Shown here: piece by piece, positions 1-9,084 of the stretch | How the letters are laid out: each line of letters begins with the position of its first letter | Position numbering within the stretch: position 1 is the stretch's first letter | Assembly: GCA_049969675.1 (NCBI GenBank) | Contig: JBMFOP010000042.1 | Span: 1 to 27,085 of the forward strand | DNA length: 27,085 nucleotides | Origin: Myxococcota bacterium | GTDB lineage: Bacteria; Myxococcota; SpSt-1050 | Reading direction: 5' to 3' | Notes under the pieces: generated by a model | Told to the model about the DNA's origin: nothing | Seen by the model: only the letters and a program-made list of their open reading frames with translations | The model's database searches: none | Translations under genes and position numbers: made by a program

Positions 1-215
1 AGCCAGAGCCCAAACCCGAACCATCACCCGCACCCGTTGTGGCTGAGGCAAAGCCAGAGCCCAAACCCGAACCATCACCAGCACCCGTTGTGGCTGAGGC
101 AAAGCCAGAGCCCAAACCCGAACCATCACCCGCACCTGTTGTGGCTGAGGCAAAGCCAGAGCCCAAACCCGAACCGTCGCAAGCACCCGTTGTGGCTGAG
201 ACAAAGCCAGAACCA
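1..215 (+). repeat. 51-bp in-frame tandem repeat encoding 17 aa (KPEPKPEPSPAPVVAEA); at least 4 copies plus a partial
   Basis: Units beginning agccagag start at 1, 52, 103 and 154, with a degenerate unit at 205. Copies differ by only a few substitutions. Confidence 0.95.
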
Positions 216-668
216 GTACCTGCAACAGAAGAGAAGAGACGCAAATTTAAACCCGCACCCGCTATGGCTGCAAATAATGAAGAGAAGAAAATGACTGAAC
301 ATATTACTCCGCCTCAGAGGAAGAAGAGTTCTTCTGGTAGAAATTCTCTGACATGGCTTGGATTTCAGGTGAGCGCTACTGGCTCAAGGGTATTTATCAA
401 GACCACCGATGAGGCTGAATATTCAATTAAGGAGAAAGATGACAGGACACTCGTCCTTGAGATTTATAATACGGATATTCCAAAGAAGAACAATAGGAGA
501 CCACTTGATACCTCATTCTTCAACTCACCTGTAGCATATATTTCACCACAGGTAGAGAGTGGCTCAATCAAGGTCGTTAGAATTGAGATAAGGCTAAAAC
601 AGAGGGTTCCTTTTATTGCTAAACAGGAGTCAAATGCCCTCTATCTTGACTTTGAAGGTGTCAATTAA
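1..668 (+). CDS. Pro/Glu/Lys-rich repeat protein with a C-terminal AMIN-like domain (5'-truncated by the window edge)
   Basis: The frame is open from base 3 (PEPKPE...), so the track start at 39 is internal. The C-terminal ~105 aa (LTWLGFQ..SRVFIKT..YSI..LVLEIYNTDI..NNRRPLDTSFFNSPVAYI..VRIEIRLK..LYLDF) fit the AMIN periplasmic domain pattern. Confidence 0.75.
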   Translation, partial: PEPKPEPSPAPVVAEAKPEPKPEPSPAPVVAEAKPEPKPEPSPAPVVAEAKPEPKPEPSQAPVVAETKPEPVPATEEKRRKFKPAPAMAANNEEKKMTEHITPPQRKKSSSGRNSLTWLGFQVSATGSRVFIKTTDEAEYSIKEKDDRTLVLEIYNTDIPKKNNRRPLDTSFFNSPVAYISPQVESGSIKVVRIEIRLKQRVPFIAKQESNALYLDFEGVN

Positions 669-684
669 GAAGCCCTTGATTTAG

Positions 685-2877
685 GTGCGAAATCTTATAA
701 AAATTTTCTATATATTTTTTGTTATAATTTCAACAAACATATATTTGTTAGCAGATGAGGTCCAGATAAAGGGGGATAATCTAAAGATAATTGAAAAGGA
801 GAAGAGATATGTCCTGAGTGGGAATGTAAGTGCTATGGGTGATGATTTTCTGATATTCGCTGATACACTTGAATTCTTGAGTTTAAAGGAGAAGGATTCT
901 ATTAAAGGAGATTTTTATATTCTCAACTCTTCTATTCTGGCAAGGTGCTCATATATTGAGGTACTGAAAGATCTGGATATTAAGCGATTTTATAATTTAA
1001 ATGGGTTGGTCTTAAAACTCAATATTGAACCTCATCATTACATCTCATATAAAAAAGAGCAGCTCTTTGACCTCTTTGAATACAGGATGAGATTAAAAGG
1101 GGCATATCTGAGACAGGTAGGTGATGAGAGGTTTTATGGCAGGGATGTAAATTATACAATCTGCGATTGCAAGGAGAATAATACCTGGGAACTCTCCTCA
1201 AGGGATGTATATATTGAAAAGAATGGTTTTCTATTATCCCTCTCAAATGTGGTATATCTTTATGGCATACCATCTTTTTATATCCCGGCAATTCTTTTCC
1301 CTGTAGGTGAGAGGAGGTCGGGGTTTTTATTGCCGGAGTTAGGTTTTAATAGCACCACCGGATATAGTCTGAAAAACGCATATTATCAGACTCTGGGAGT
1401 AAGTATGGATGCCACACTCTATCTTACAATGATGTCCAGACGGGGGGAGATGTATTCACTTGAATTCAGATATAGACCGTTTAATAATTTATATGGTAAT
1501 ATGATGCTCTCTTTTGTGAGAGATAATACCGATTCTCCCTTTGATAGGAGATTTAATATAAAGAATGAACATAGATTGGAATACAATAACGAACTTATCT
1601 TTGCCCTGAATACCAATATTGTAAGTGATACTTCCTATATGAATGACTTTCTCTTTGATTTCTGGGACAGAAATGCTGAATATACAATAAGTAGATTCTA
1701 TGGGGGTTATAATAAAAGCCCATTTCTATTGAGACTGGAATTTGATTTTTTTCAGAACTTCAAACAGATACAGAGGCTTAAGGAGTTTAATCTCTTTTCA
1801 GATACCGGACTTGCAGAATCCCATAGACTCCCATATCTTGAACTAAATATTCTGCCACGGGACATATTTCTAAATACTGATGTCGGGTTTGATATTCAGT
1901 ATGTCAATTACTACAGTCTCTCTTATGATTACAAAAAATTCTCATATTTCCAGACTCCACTTATCATTGAGAATGATAAAAGGACTCTTCTCTCATTTAA
2001 GCGATATTCCTTTGAACTCCCGATTCATAACTATCAGAGAATTATGGATTTCTTAAATCTAAATCAGGATTTATCCTCTATTCTCAGGATTTATCAGCTT
2101 CCGAATACCTCATATAATCTCACAACCACAGTATATAATCTCAGAATAGATCTTGAACTTTATAAAAGATACTCTTCGGTTGTGCATATTATCAAGCCAG
2201 AGATTGAGTATAAAGACCTATTTTATCTGGAATATACAAAGGATTGGCAGTTATATTATGGTCGCACTGTGATAAAGGACGAGGTGGATAATTATTTAAG
2301 GTCCCGTTATATCCTTCTGCATTTTAAGAACTTTCTTTTGAAAAATTCTGGTAATGAAATCTTTCGTGTAGATATTGCACAGGGATATTACAAGATTTCC
2401 AGCACCACTCCAACCCCTCTGGTTTTTAATTCAGGCGTTAATCTCAACTATTTGAGATTGGATTATGACCTCTTCTATTATTTTTACGGGAGTGTTCACT
2501 ATTTTGATGCATCTGGGAAGATCACAATAAGTGATTTTAGAGGAGATTCGGTATTTGTAAGATATCAGAAGGTTCGTAACTATCTTGAGAACCCTTTTGT
2601 AATCTACAATGAAGATTTCAATTATTTTCAGCCTGCATATTATAGAGAACCGCTTGAGGACATATCGGGCAACATCAATGTCTCAATATCTCGTGAACTC
2701 TCAATAGGATATTTTAATACCTATTCAATTGAGAATAAAAGGCTCCTGTTTCATGGTGGTGGTATCTATTATCACTCAAGGTGTCATTGCCTGAACGCAA
2801 ATCTGACATTTGTGATGTATGACTGGTATGAATTCCCCGCCTTCATTACTACCTTTAATTTGGGCGGTAATATTTAA
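685..2877 (+). CDS. lptD: LPS-assembly outer-membrane protein LptD
   Basis: Signal peptide; YTICDC...WELSS; 'YGIPSFYIPAILFPV..RRSGFLLPELGFNSTTGY'; DATLY..SRRG..EFRY; VSD..Y..DF; C-terminal C-x-C near the end of the barrel. Confidence 0.85.
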   Translation: MRNLIKIFYIFFVIISTNIYLLADEVQIKGDNLKIIEKEKRYVLSGNVSAMGDDFLIFADTLEFLSLKEKDSIKGDFYILNSSILARCSYIEVLKDLDIKRFYNLNGLVLKLNIEPHHYISYKKEQLFDLFEYRMRLKGAYLRQVGDERFYGRDVNYTICDCKENNTWELSSRDVYIEKNGFLLSLSNVVYLYGIPSFYIPAILFPVGERRSGFLLPELGFNSTTGYSLKNAYYQTLGVSMDATLYLTMMSRRGEMYSLEFRYRPFNNLYGNMMLSFVRDNTDSPFDRRFNIKNEHRLEYNNELIFALNTNIVSDTSYMNDFLFDFWDRNAEYTISRFYGGYNKSPFLLRLEFDFFQNFKQIQRLKEFNLFSDTGLAESHRLPYLELNILPRDIFLNTDVGFDIQYVNYYSLSYDYKKFSYFQTPLIIENDKRTLLSFKRYSFELPIHNYQRIMDFLNLNQDLSSILRIYQLPNTSYNLTTTVYNLRIDLELYKRYSSVVHIIKPEIEYKDLFYLEYTKDWQLYYGRTVIKDEVDNYLRSRYILLHFKNFLLKNSGNEIFRVDIAQGYYKISSTTPTPLVFNSGVNLNYLRLDYDLFYYFYGSVHYFDASGKITISDFRGDSVFVRYQKVRNYLENPFVIYNEDFNYFQPAYYREPLEDISGNINVSISRELSIGYFNTYSIENKRLLFHGGGIYYHSRCHCLNANLTFVMYDWYEFPAFITTFNLGGNI

Positions 2878-4047
2878 TTATGAGAGGAAGTCCTTAATCC
2901 TCCTCATCGCCTCTCTGAGTCTATTGTCATCTATTGTGGTGGATATCCTGAAATACCCCTCTCCATATTCTCCAAATCCGTTTCCTGGAGTTACTATAAC
3001 TCCGCTCTTCTCCATTAGATTTTGAACAAAGGATATGCTGGAATATCCCTCAGGTACCTCCGACCAGATATAGAATGTCCCTTTTGGGTAATTAAACTTG
3101 ATTCTTGCCTTCTCTAAAAAATCGGCGACTATATCTCTCCTTCTTCTATATACCTCATTTATCATTTTTATTGCCTTATCGCCTTTTAAGAGTGCCTCCT
3201 CAGCACCTTCCTGTATAAAGGTGGATGCGCCAGAATCCATATTGGTCTTGAGTCTCTTTAGGGCATCAATGATAGATGAATTTGAGATCACAAACCCTAT
3301 TCTGAATCCCGTCATATTAAATAACTTTGAGAGGGAATGGAATTCAAGAGATACCTCTTTCTCCTTATCATAATCAAACATTGAAGGGGTCAAATAGCCA
3401 TCAAATGTAATCTCAGAATAGGCAAAGTCAGAGGCGATCAGGATTTTATACTTCTTTGCGGTATTGACGAGCTCTCTATAAAATCTGTCGGTACCTGTTG
3501 AGCCAGTAGGATTGTTTGGATAGTTGATGAATATTATCTTTGCCTTCTTCAGAATTGAGACTGGAATCTTCTTAATGTCAATGAGAAACCTGTTTTCCTT
3601 AACAAGAGGTGCCCTGTAGACCTTACCTCCTATCAGTTGAGTGGATATTGCATATACAGGATAGCCAGGGTCCGGGACGATGACATAGTCACCCGGATTT
3701 ACGAATGCATAAGGCAGATGGAATATTGCCTCTTTTGAACCTATTGTAATTAGAACCTCGGAATCGGGATTGATATTGTGTCCAAATCTCCTTTTGTAAT
3801 ATGTGGAGACCGCCTTTCTTAAGAATGAAGAGCCTTCATAGTCGGGATATCTATGATTGGCTGGATTATTGAGTGCCTTCTGAATCCTCTTTACGATAAA
3901 TTCAGGAGTGGGCAAATCTGGATCCCCTATGCCGAGATTAATGATATCAACTCCCTTTTTGATTAGCTCCTTCTTCTTTCTATCTATCTCAGCAAATAGG
4001 TAACGAGGGAGATTCTGAATTCTATCTGCCTCAATAATTTTATTCAT
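2878..4047 (-). CDS. dapL: PLP-dependent class I/II aminotransferase, most likely LL-diaminopimelate aminotransferase
   Basis: LPRYLFAEID, INLGIGDPDLPTP, IGSKEAI, PDPGYPVY, NYPNNPTG, DFAYSEI, EFHSLSK(PLP Lys)..NMTGFRIG, TPGNGFGEYGEGYFRIS. Confidence 0.8.
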   Translation of the reverse strand: MNKIIEADRIQNLPRYLFAEIDRKKKELIKKGVDIINLGIGDPDLPTPEFIVKRIQKALNNPANHRYPDYEGSSFLRKAVSTYYKRRFGHNINPDSEVLITIGSKEAIFHLPYAFVNPGDYVIVPDPGYPVYAISTQLIGGKVYRAPLVKENRFLIDIKKIPVSILKKAKIIFINYPNNPTGSTGTDRFYRELVNTAKKYKILIASDFAYSEITFDGYLTPSMFDYDKEKEVSLEFHSLSKLFNMTGFRIGFVISNSSIIDALKRLKTNMDSGASTFIQEGAEEALLKGDKAIKMINEVYRRRRDIVADFLEKARIKFNYPKGTFYIWSEVPEGYSSISFVQNLMEKSGVIVTPGNGFGEYGEGYFRISTTIDDNRLREAMRRIKDFLS

Positions 4048-4089
4048 AAGATTCTCTCCAAATTTTTTGTTCTAAAAATATCTATGGGG

Positions 4090-4701
4090 CTATTTAATGA
4101 ATTCCCTCTTCCGCTCAATTATCCTGTTGAGTTCTGAGACCTCTTTCTCTATCTCTGCCTTTCGTTCGGGTGGAAGGCTCTCCTTTATATTCTCAAGTGT
4201 CTTTAATACATCATTGATGGTAACAATATCAATGTTCTCTCTCTCTTTTAATGCCTCAAGCATCCTGTTGAACTTCTCAAAGAACTCCTTCAATTCATCC
4301 TTCTTCCTGAGTGGTCTTGTCTCAGGTATCTTCCCGTCAGTGATAGAGTCCACATATCGGGAGATAATAAATATCGGACCGGCAATTCTGTGTGTAATCA
4401 GGATCCCCCATATAACGAGGGAGAGAAATATCGCCAGAATAAATGCAATCAGGTAAAACATAATCTTACTATCTTCGGCTGCAAGTTTTTCTTTGATGAT
4501 ATCTGTCATAGAAGATAGATTGGGGTCCATCTGAACCAGCATCAGCATCTGCTGTGAATTCTCCTTGCTCGCCTTGTAAAAGAGTGTGCCCCACAGGACA
4601 GCAATGATGATTCCAATAACAGCAATAATGACTGTGTATTTGATCTGGAATGCCCTGTTGATAAGGAATTGCTTTCTTCTAAAAGGTTTTCTCTCTTCCA
4701 T
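4090..4701 (-). CDS. Two-TM membrane protein with a HAMP domain and no output domain
   Basis: N-terminal RRKQFLINRAFQIKY, two hydrophobic helices, THRIAGP...LRKKDELKEF..FNRM HAMP pattern, short coiled-coil tail. Confidence 0.75.
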   Translation of the reverse strand: MEERKPFRRKQFLINRAFQIKYTVIIAVIGIIIAVLWGTLFYKASKENSQQMLMLVQMDPNLSSMTDIIKEKLAAEDSKIMFYLIAFILAIFLSLVIWGILITHRIAGPIFIISRYVDSITDGKIPETRPLRKKDELKEFFEKFNRMLEALKERENIDIVTINDVLKTLENIKESLPPERKAEIEKEVSELNRIIERKREFIK

Positions 4702-4810
4702 AGTTAATACCTCACTGAAAAAACTCCTCTTAAATGTCTAAAAAAACCTGCATAAAGGATAATAAATCATATATTATACTTTTGATTGAGTTGCAAGCAG
4801 TAAATAATAT

Positions 4811-5518
4811 CTATTCTATTGTAAAATTTATGCCTATCCCCTCTGTCTTATATATCTTCGCCCTCTCCTTGGGAGGTGGCTTAAAAGGGGATGAGCGATT
4901 TATTGCGTTTATAAGGGCATTGTCAAAATGTGGATTACCACTTCGTCTTTCAAATTCATATTTTATCAATTTCCCATTTGAATCAATATATATCACGACT
5001 ATTGCCCTCAGCTCCTTCCTCTCCTTCTCACTTATTATCTCTGGAATTATATAATTTCCCTTTATCCTGTTATATATCTCTGTAAGATAGATATCCCCCT
5101 CTTGTCCCTCTGTACTGTCTCCATAAGGTGAACCGTTTGGGTCACCAATCGGAGGAGAGTGATCCTTTGCGTCTACCATCTTTCTGACTTTGTTGATAGA
5201 TGAGAGAATCTTCTTTGAAAACTCCTCTCCCCTTCTCTTCTCCTCCTTCTTTGCATTCTTCTCAATTGAATTGTTGTTTATCTCTGGATTAATTATTACC
5301 TCTTTTGCTGGTTCTACAGGATTTCCACTGACTCTCGGCAAAATCTTCTCACTCCTTGGAACTCCAATCGCCACAAGTCTGGTTACAATAACCCTCTCCT
5401 TTCTATCTGTCCTTGAATTGAGGCTGTGAGGCATAAAGAATATCAGGAAGAACAATATATGTCCAATCAATGAGGCGGAGATGGCAAAGATTATACCTTT
5501 TTTCTCTCTATTTTTCAT
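4811..5518 (-). CDS. TolA/TonB-like energy transducer (N-terminal TM anchor, TonB C-terminal domain)
   Basis: TM with SxxxH motif (SASLIGH); C-terminal IYIDSNGKLI..RRSGNPHFDNA...SSPFKPPP; follows tolQ-tolR and overlaps tolR. Confidence 0.85.
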   Translation of the reverse strand: MKNREKKGIIFAISASLIGHILFFLIFFMPHSLNSRTDRKERVIVTRLVAIGVPRSEKILPRVSGNPVEPAKEVIINPEINNNSIEKNAKKEEKRRGEEFSKKILSSINKVRKMVDAKDHSPPIGDPNGSPYGDSTEGQEGDIYLTEIYNRIKGNYIIPEIISEKERKELRAIVVIYIDSNGKLIKYEFERRSGNPHFDNALINAINRSSPFKPPPKERAKIYKTEGIGINFTIE

Positions 5519-5921
5519 CTTCTGGATAAGTTACAAGTCCAACATTCTCTGCGCCGGCATCTTTCAGTAATCCCATTATCTTAATTACAAATCCATAAGG
5601 TAATGTCCTGTCAGCGTATAAATAGACCTCCTTTTCGGTCTTTATTCTCTCATTATTCTTTATAACCTCTTCAAGTCTCTCAAGCGGTATCTCGGTCTTA
5701 TTTAGATATATCCTCTTTGCGGCGTCAATGGAGATGAGGACCTTATTCTCAGCGTTCGGCAGATTCTGTGCACGGGCTTTTGGCAGGTCAAGTTTGATAC
5801 CCTGTTGCATCATAGGTGCGGTTACCATAAATATTACAAGTAGCACCAGCATTACATCCACAAGTGGGGTAACATTGATATCTGATATGGCTCCTCTATC
5901 TTTATTGGTTCCCATTCCCAT
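5508..5921 (-). CDS. tolR: TolR (ExbD/TolR family)
   Basis: DINVTPLVDVMLVLLVIFMVTAPMMQQG; LYADRTLPYG.V. Confidence 0.9.
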   Translation of the reverse strand: MGMGTNKDRGAISDINVTPLVDVMLVLLVIFMVTAPMMQQGIKLDLPKARAQNLPNAENKVLISIDAAKRIYLNKTEIPLERLEEVIKNNERIKTEKEVYLYADRTLPYGFVIKIMGLLKDAGAENVGLVTYPEDEK

Positions 5922-5923
5922 AT

Positions 5924-6667
5924 TTACATAAAATGCCTTTTGATTATATTCAAAAAGTCGCTTGTAAAACTCTCCATCTCTGCATCCAGCACCTTTATCT
6001 TGCTGTTGAAATAATTATAGGCGATGACGGCCGGGATTGCAGCGGCAAGTCCTGTGGCAGTAGCAATTAGTGCCTCCGAGATGCCCGGTGCTACTGTTGC
6101 AAGATTTGCAGAGCCCATCTTCCCGATATCCTGAAATGCAACCATTATTCCCCAGACAGTTCCAAAGAGACCAATAAAGGGGGTAGTTGAGCCGGTGGTT
6201 GCCAGAAATGGGACGAGAGATTCAAGTCGGGTAATCTCTGCGGTGTGGGACCTCTTCATCGCCCTTGTAATATTATCCATCCCGCTCAGCTCATCCCCCA
6301 TTGAGCCCGATTCTGCCTCCTGCCTTTCCAGTTTCTTCTTGACCTTTATCATCTCCACATATCCTGCTCTGAAGACGCGGGCAACAGGGCTTTCAATGTA
6401 TCTGATAGAGTTTTCATAAATTTCATCAAGCTTCTTGGATTCCCAGAACATATTGATAAAGCTATTGGTCTTTATAAATGCCTTCCTGAACTGCAAAAGT
6501 TTATAAATGATGACTGCCCACGAACCTATTGAGAAGAGGAGCAGGATTATCAGAACTGCGGTGACCACAGGCCCTGAGTGAGTTGCAAGTTCAATAAGGT
6601 TCATCTCAGAGGCGCCTTCGCTCTGAAAGAGTACTATATCTAATATACCTATTGTTAATTCTTTCAT
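5924..6667 (-). CDS. tolQ: TolQ (MotA/TolQ/ExbB family)
   Basis: FLATTGSTTPFIGLFGTVWGIM; LATVAPGISEALIATATGLAAAIPAVIAYN. Confidence 0.92.
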   Translation of the reverse strand: MKELTIGILDIVLFQSEGASEMNLIELATHSGPVVTAVLIILLLFSIGSWAVIIYKLLQFRKAFIKTNSFINMFWESKKLDEIYENSIRYIESPVARVFRAGYVEMIKVKKKLERQEAESGSMGDELSGMDNITRAMKRSHTAEITRLESLVPFLATTGSTTPFIGLFGTVWGIMVAFQDIGKMGSANLATVAPGISEALIATATGLAAAIPAVIAYNYFNSKIKVLDAEMESFTSDFLNIIKRHFM

Positions 6668-6679
6668 AAGTTTACCGTA

Positions 6680-8557
6680 TTATATATCTTCAACCACAGT
6701 GATTGAGATGGTGGAGGGTGTGCTCTCCTGATTGGCATTATCCACAACTATCAGTTGAACAGTATATTTACCATATTCATCTGCCATAAAGAATGTACTC
6801 ATTGCAGATGGGTCATCTATTGTTGCCTGAGAATTTTTCGGTTTGAAGATGAGAGACCATTTGTACTGTGTTATTGAATTGTCATCGTGAGATTGAGAGC
6901 CATCAATAATAACCTTTAGAGGCCTTTCACTGCTTCTAACTTTTTGCAGGTCGCCCCCCGGTGCCTTTGCAACAGCCACCGGTGGCATATCGGATGTGCT
7001 GTCGTCAGAGTAGAGCATAAGGATATAATATGGATTCTCATTGGTTGAATAGTATGGGTCATTACTATAAATAAATATCTGTGCACTTTCATTGGCGATA
7101 TTGGGGTTGTTTGTAAATTCCACATTTACATTTATGAAATCTCCGGGATTGATTATCTGCTCAGATGAGAAGTTGAGTATCTTGAATGCAGATGGGACCC
7201 CAGAATTTGGGTCCAACTCTATCTTTGAGACAGTAAGTGGGGAGTATCCAGCATTCGTTATGGTAAAAGGTTGGGATTCAGTCTTTGAAGGTGGGGTCTT
7301 GAAAACCAGCGTATCATCAGGTGAGACTGCAATCTTTGGATTTGATTCACCATTTAATTTTACAGTGATTGAAGGTTTTGAACTATCATCACTCTTGATA
7401 ATAAGGGAGTTTGAGGACTTATTGTTTGTAGACGGTGCATATGTCACAGTGAGGAATGTTGTATCCTCTCCATTGGGGTCACCATTTGGTTTTAGAGTAA
7501 CCTTGGGGGGGATTGCAGGGGAGTAACTAAATTCCGGGTTCTGCTGGGCAAACTTTACCTCATTGACATTCAGGTTTGAATCACCCAGATTCTTAATCCT
7601 TATCCTGAGATCCTTCTTCTCACCCTTCTTTACATCTCCAAAGTCCATTGTGATTGTGGTGGTATCCTCAAGCGTGCACTGACATAGTGGCAGTTCGCCC
7701 GGACAATCATCTGATTCACCACAGACCTCTATCCCACCGGATGTCCCCCTCCCTGTGAGATATAATTCATTTGCAGTGGTGCAGTTAGAATCATTTGTTG
7801 TAAGAACTATTTTGCCATTATAGGTGTCGGTGGTGGTGGGATTAAACTTAACCGTAATCTCCTGAGTCTCAGAGTTTGGCTTTAGGGAGAATGTATTTGA
7901 AGTCGGTTTTATTATCTGAAATGCTGAACCCAGAACCGGAGTCATTGTGACATTGAGTATTGATGGACCTCTATTTTTTACTATGGCTGTCAATGTCTTT
8001 GATGTATTCACCCTTTGCGGCCCAAAATAGAATGTCATCTGTATCCCTTTATTGTCACAGGTGAGGTCCTTTCCATCGGGTGATATAATCTGAATTGTCG
8101 CCTCCGATGTAGTGCCGTTTCCGATCAGATTTACAGTAGCCTCAGGGATGGTTGTATTTTCGGTAATAATCATAAGTTTGCCGAGGTCATTTGATTTATC
8201 TTTCTTGGGGGAGTAGAGCACAGTAAAAATAAAACTCTGATTTGCAGCAATGCTGGATGGTATCTCTTCTTTGATTGAATACACCCCATCCGCACTATCT
8301 GTGACGCTTATGGATTTTATTACTATCTGGTTTGTTGAGAGATTTGTAACTTTTATCTGCTCCTCATAAGTCTTATTGATTGTCCTCACCCCGAAATCAA
8401 GGTTGAATACACCCTTGTTTTCAGTCTCAAACTTTGTTGGAAGATTCGGATTTAATGCCTCAATCTTAATCCCCCTTGTAATGGCAGTTACAGTTCCATC
8501 ATCACACTGACAGGCGAATAATATAATCAGAAGAAGCAAAGTAATTACATTTTTCAT
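6680..8557 (-). CDS. Lipoprotein with about four ASH/choice-of-anchor-D Ig-like domains and a C-terminal PKD-like domain
   Basis: Lipobox-like LFACQC. Repeated units (xDFG..I.V.N.G...L.V...V.Y.P...L.I.S.D...V.L.G.G). C-terminal PPVAVA..IDGSQSHD..ITQYKWSL..GKYTVQLIVVD. Confidence 0.75.
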   Translation of the reverse strand: MKNVITLLLLIILFACQCDDGTVTAITRGIKIEALNPNLPTKFETENKGVFNLDFGVRTINKTYEEQIKVTNLSTNQIVIKSISVTDSADGVYSIKEEIPSSIAANQSFIFTVLYSPKKDKSNDLGKLMIITENTTIPEATVNLIGNGTTSEATIQIISPDGKDLTCDNKGIQMTFYFGPQRVNTSKTLTAIVKNRGPSILNVTMTPVLGSAFQIIKPTSNTFSLKPNSETQEITVKFNPTTTDTYNGKIVLTTNDSNCTTANELYLTGRGTSGGIEVCGESDDCPGELPLCQCTLEDTTTITMDFGDVKKGEKKDLRIRIKNLGDSNLNVNEVKFAQQNPEFSYSPAIPPKVTLKPNGDPNGEDTTFLTVTYAPSTNNKSSNSLIIKSDDSSKPSITVKLNGESNPKIAVSPDDTLVFKTPPSKTESQPFTITNAGYSPLTVSKIELDPNSGVPSAFKILNFSSEQIINPGDFINVNVEFTNNPNIANESAQIFIYSNDPYYSTNENPYYILMLYSDDSTSDMPPVAVAKAPGGDLQKVRSSERPLKVIIDGSQSHDDNSITQYKWSLIFKPKNSQATIDDPSAMSTFFMADEYGKYTVQLIVVDNANQESTPSTISITVVEDI

Positions 8558-8639
8558 CTCTATAACCTCCTTCAGGTATCATAGAACAGGGTTAATTATA
8601 TACAAAAAAGCCATATAAACAACAATAAATTAAAATACT

Positions 8640-8960
8640 TTACCCTGAATTATTTTTATGGGCCTGCTTCTCACAGAATCTGCCGGTGGTCGTGTCAGAA
8701 TATCCCGCTGCTGTTATCTTTCCTTCGGGTTGAAGTGCGAGTGAATATATTTGATTGATATCTCCAATCTTGCTTACTACTATACCTCCATTACCGAAAG
8801 TATTATCAATACTTCCGTCTGCATTATATCTTACAAGAGCAAAATATACATCCTTTCCAGCAGGGCAGGCACTCAATATCATTGTCAGAACTATTGTCAA
8901 TAGAAGACTAAAATAGATAAGGATTTTGTGCTTAAAGATTGTTTTGTCTTCTCTACCCAT
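8640..8960 (-). pseudogene. Short putative lipoprotein with a single delta-60-type repeat; probably a truncated remnant
   Basis: GGAGG SD before ATG at 8960; lipobox ILSAC; 'FALVRYNADGSIDNTFGNGGIV...SLALQPEGKITAAG' matches the delta-60 repeat, which normally occurs in many copies. Confidence 0.55.
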
Positions 8961-9028
8961 TTTCAACCTCCATAGGAGATTTACTCATATATTTTTTTTG
9001 GTTGTCAATAGTGGAGGATATTTGGAAT

Positions 9029-9059
9029 AAAAAAAAGGCACACACTTAGGTGTGCCTTT
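9029..9059 (-). terminator. Rho-independent terminator of acs
   Basis: Minus strand AAAGGCACAC-CTAAGT-GTGTGCCTTT followed by a T run, 25 bp after the acs stop. Confidence 0.9.
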
Positions 9060-9084
9060 CTGTCTGATGTTTATATAACAATTA

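Noticed and set aside
1..215. 51-bp repeats as a CRISPR array
   Set aside because: No unique spacers; this is an in-frame coding tandem repeat.
37..294. Alternative-frame ORF (MWLRQSQSPNP...)
   Set aside because: Shadow of the stop-free repeat.
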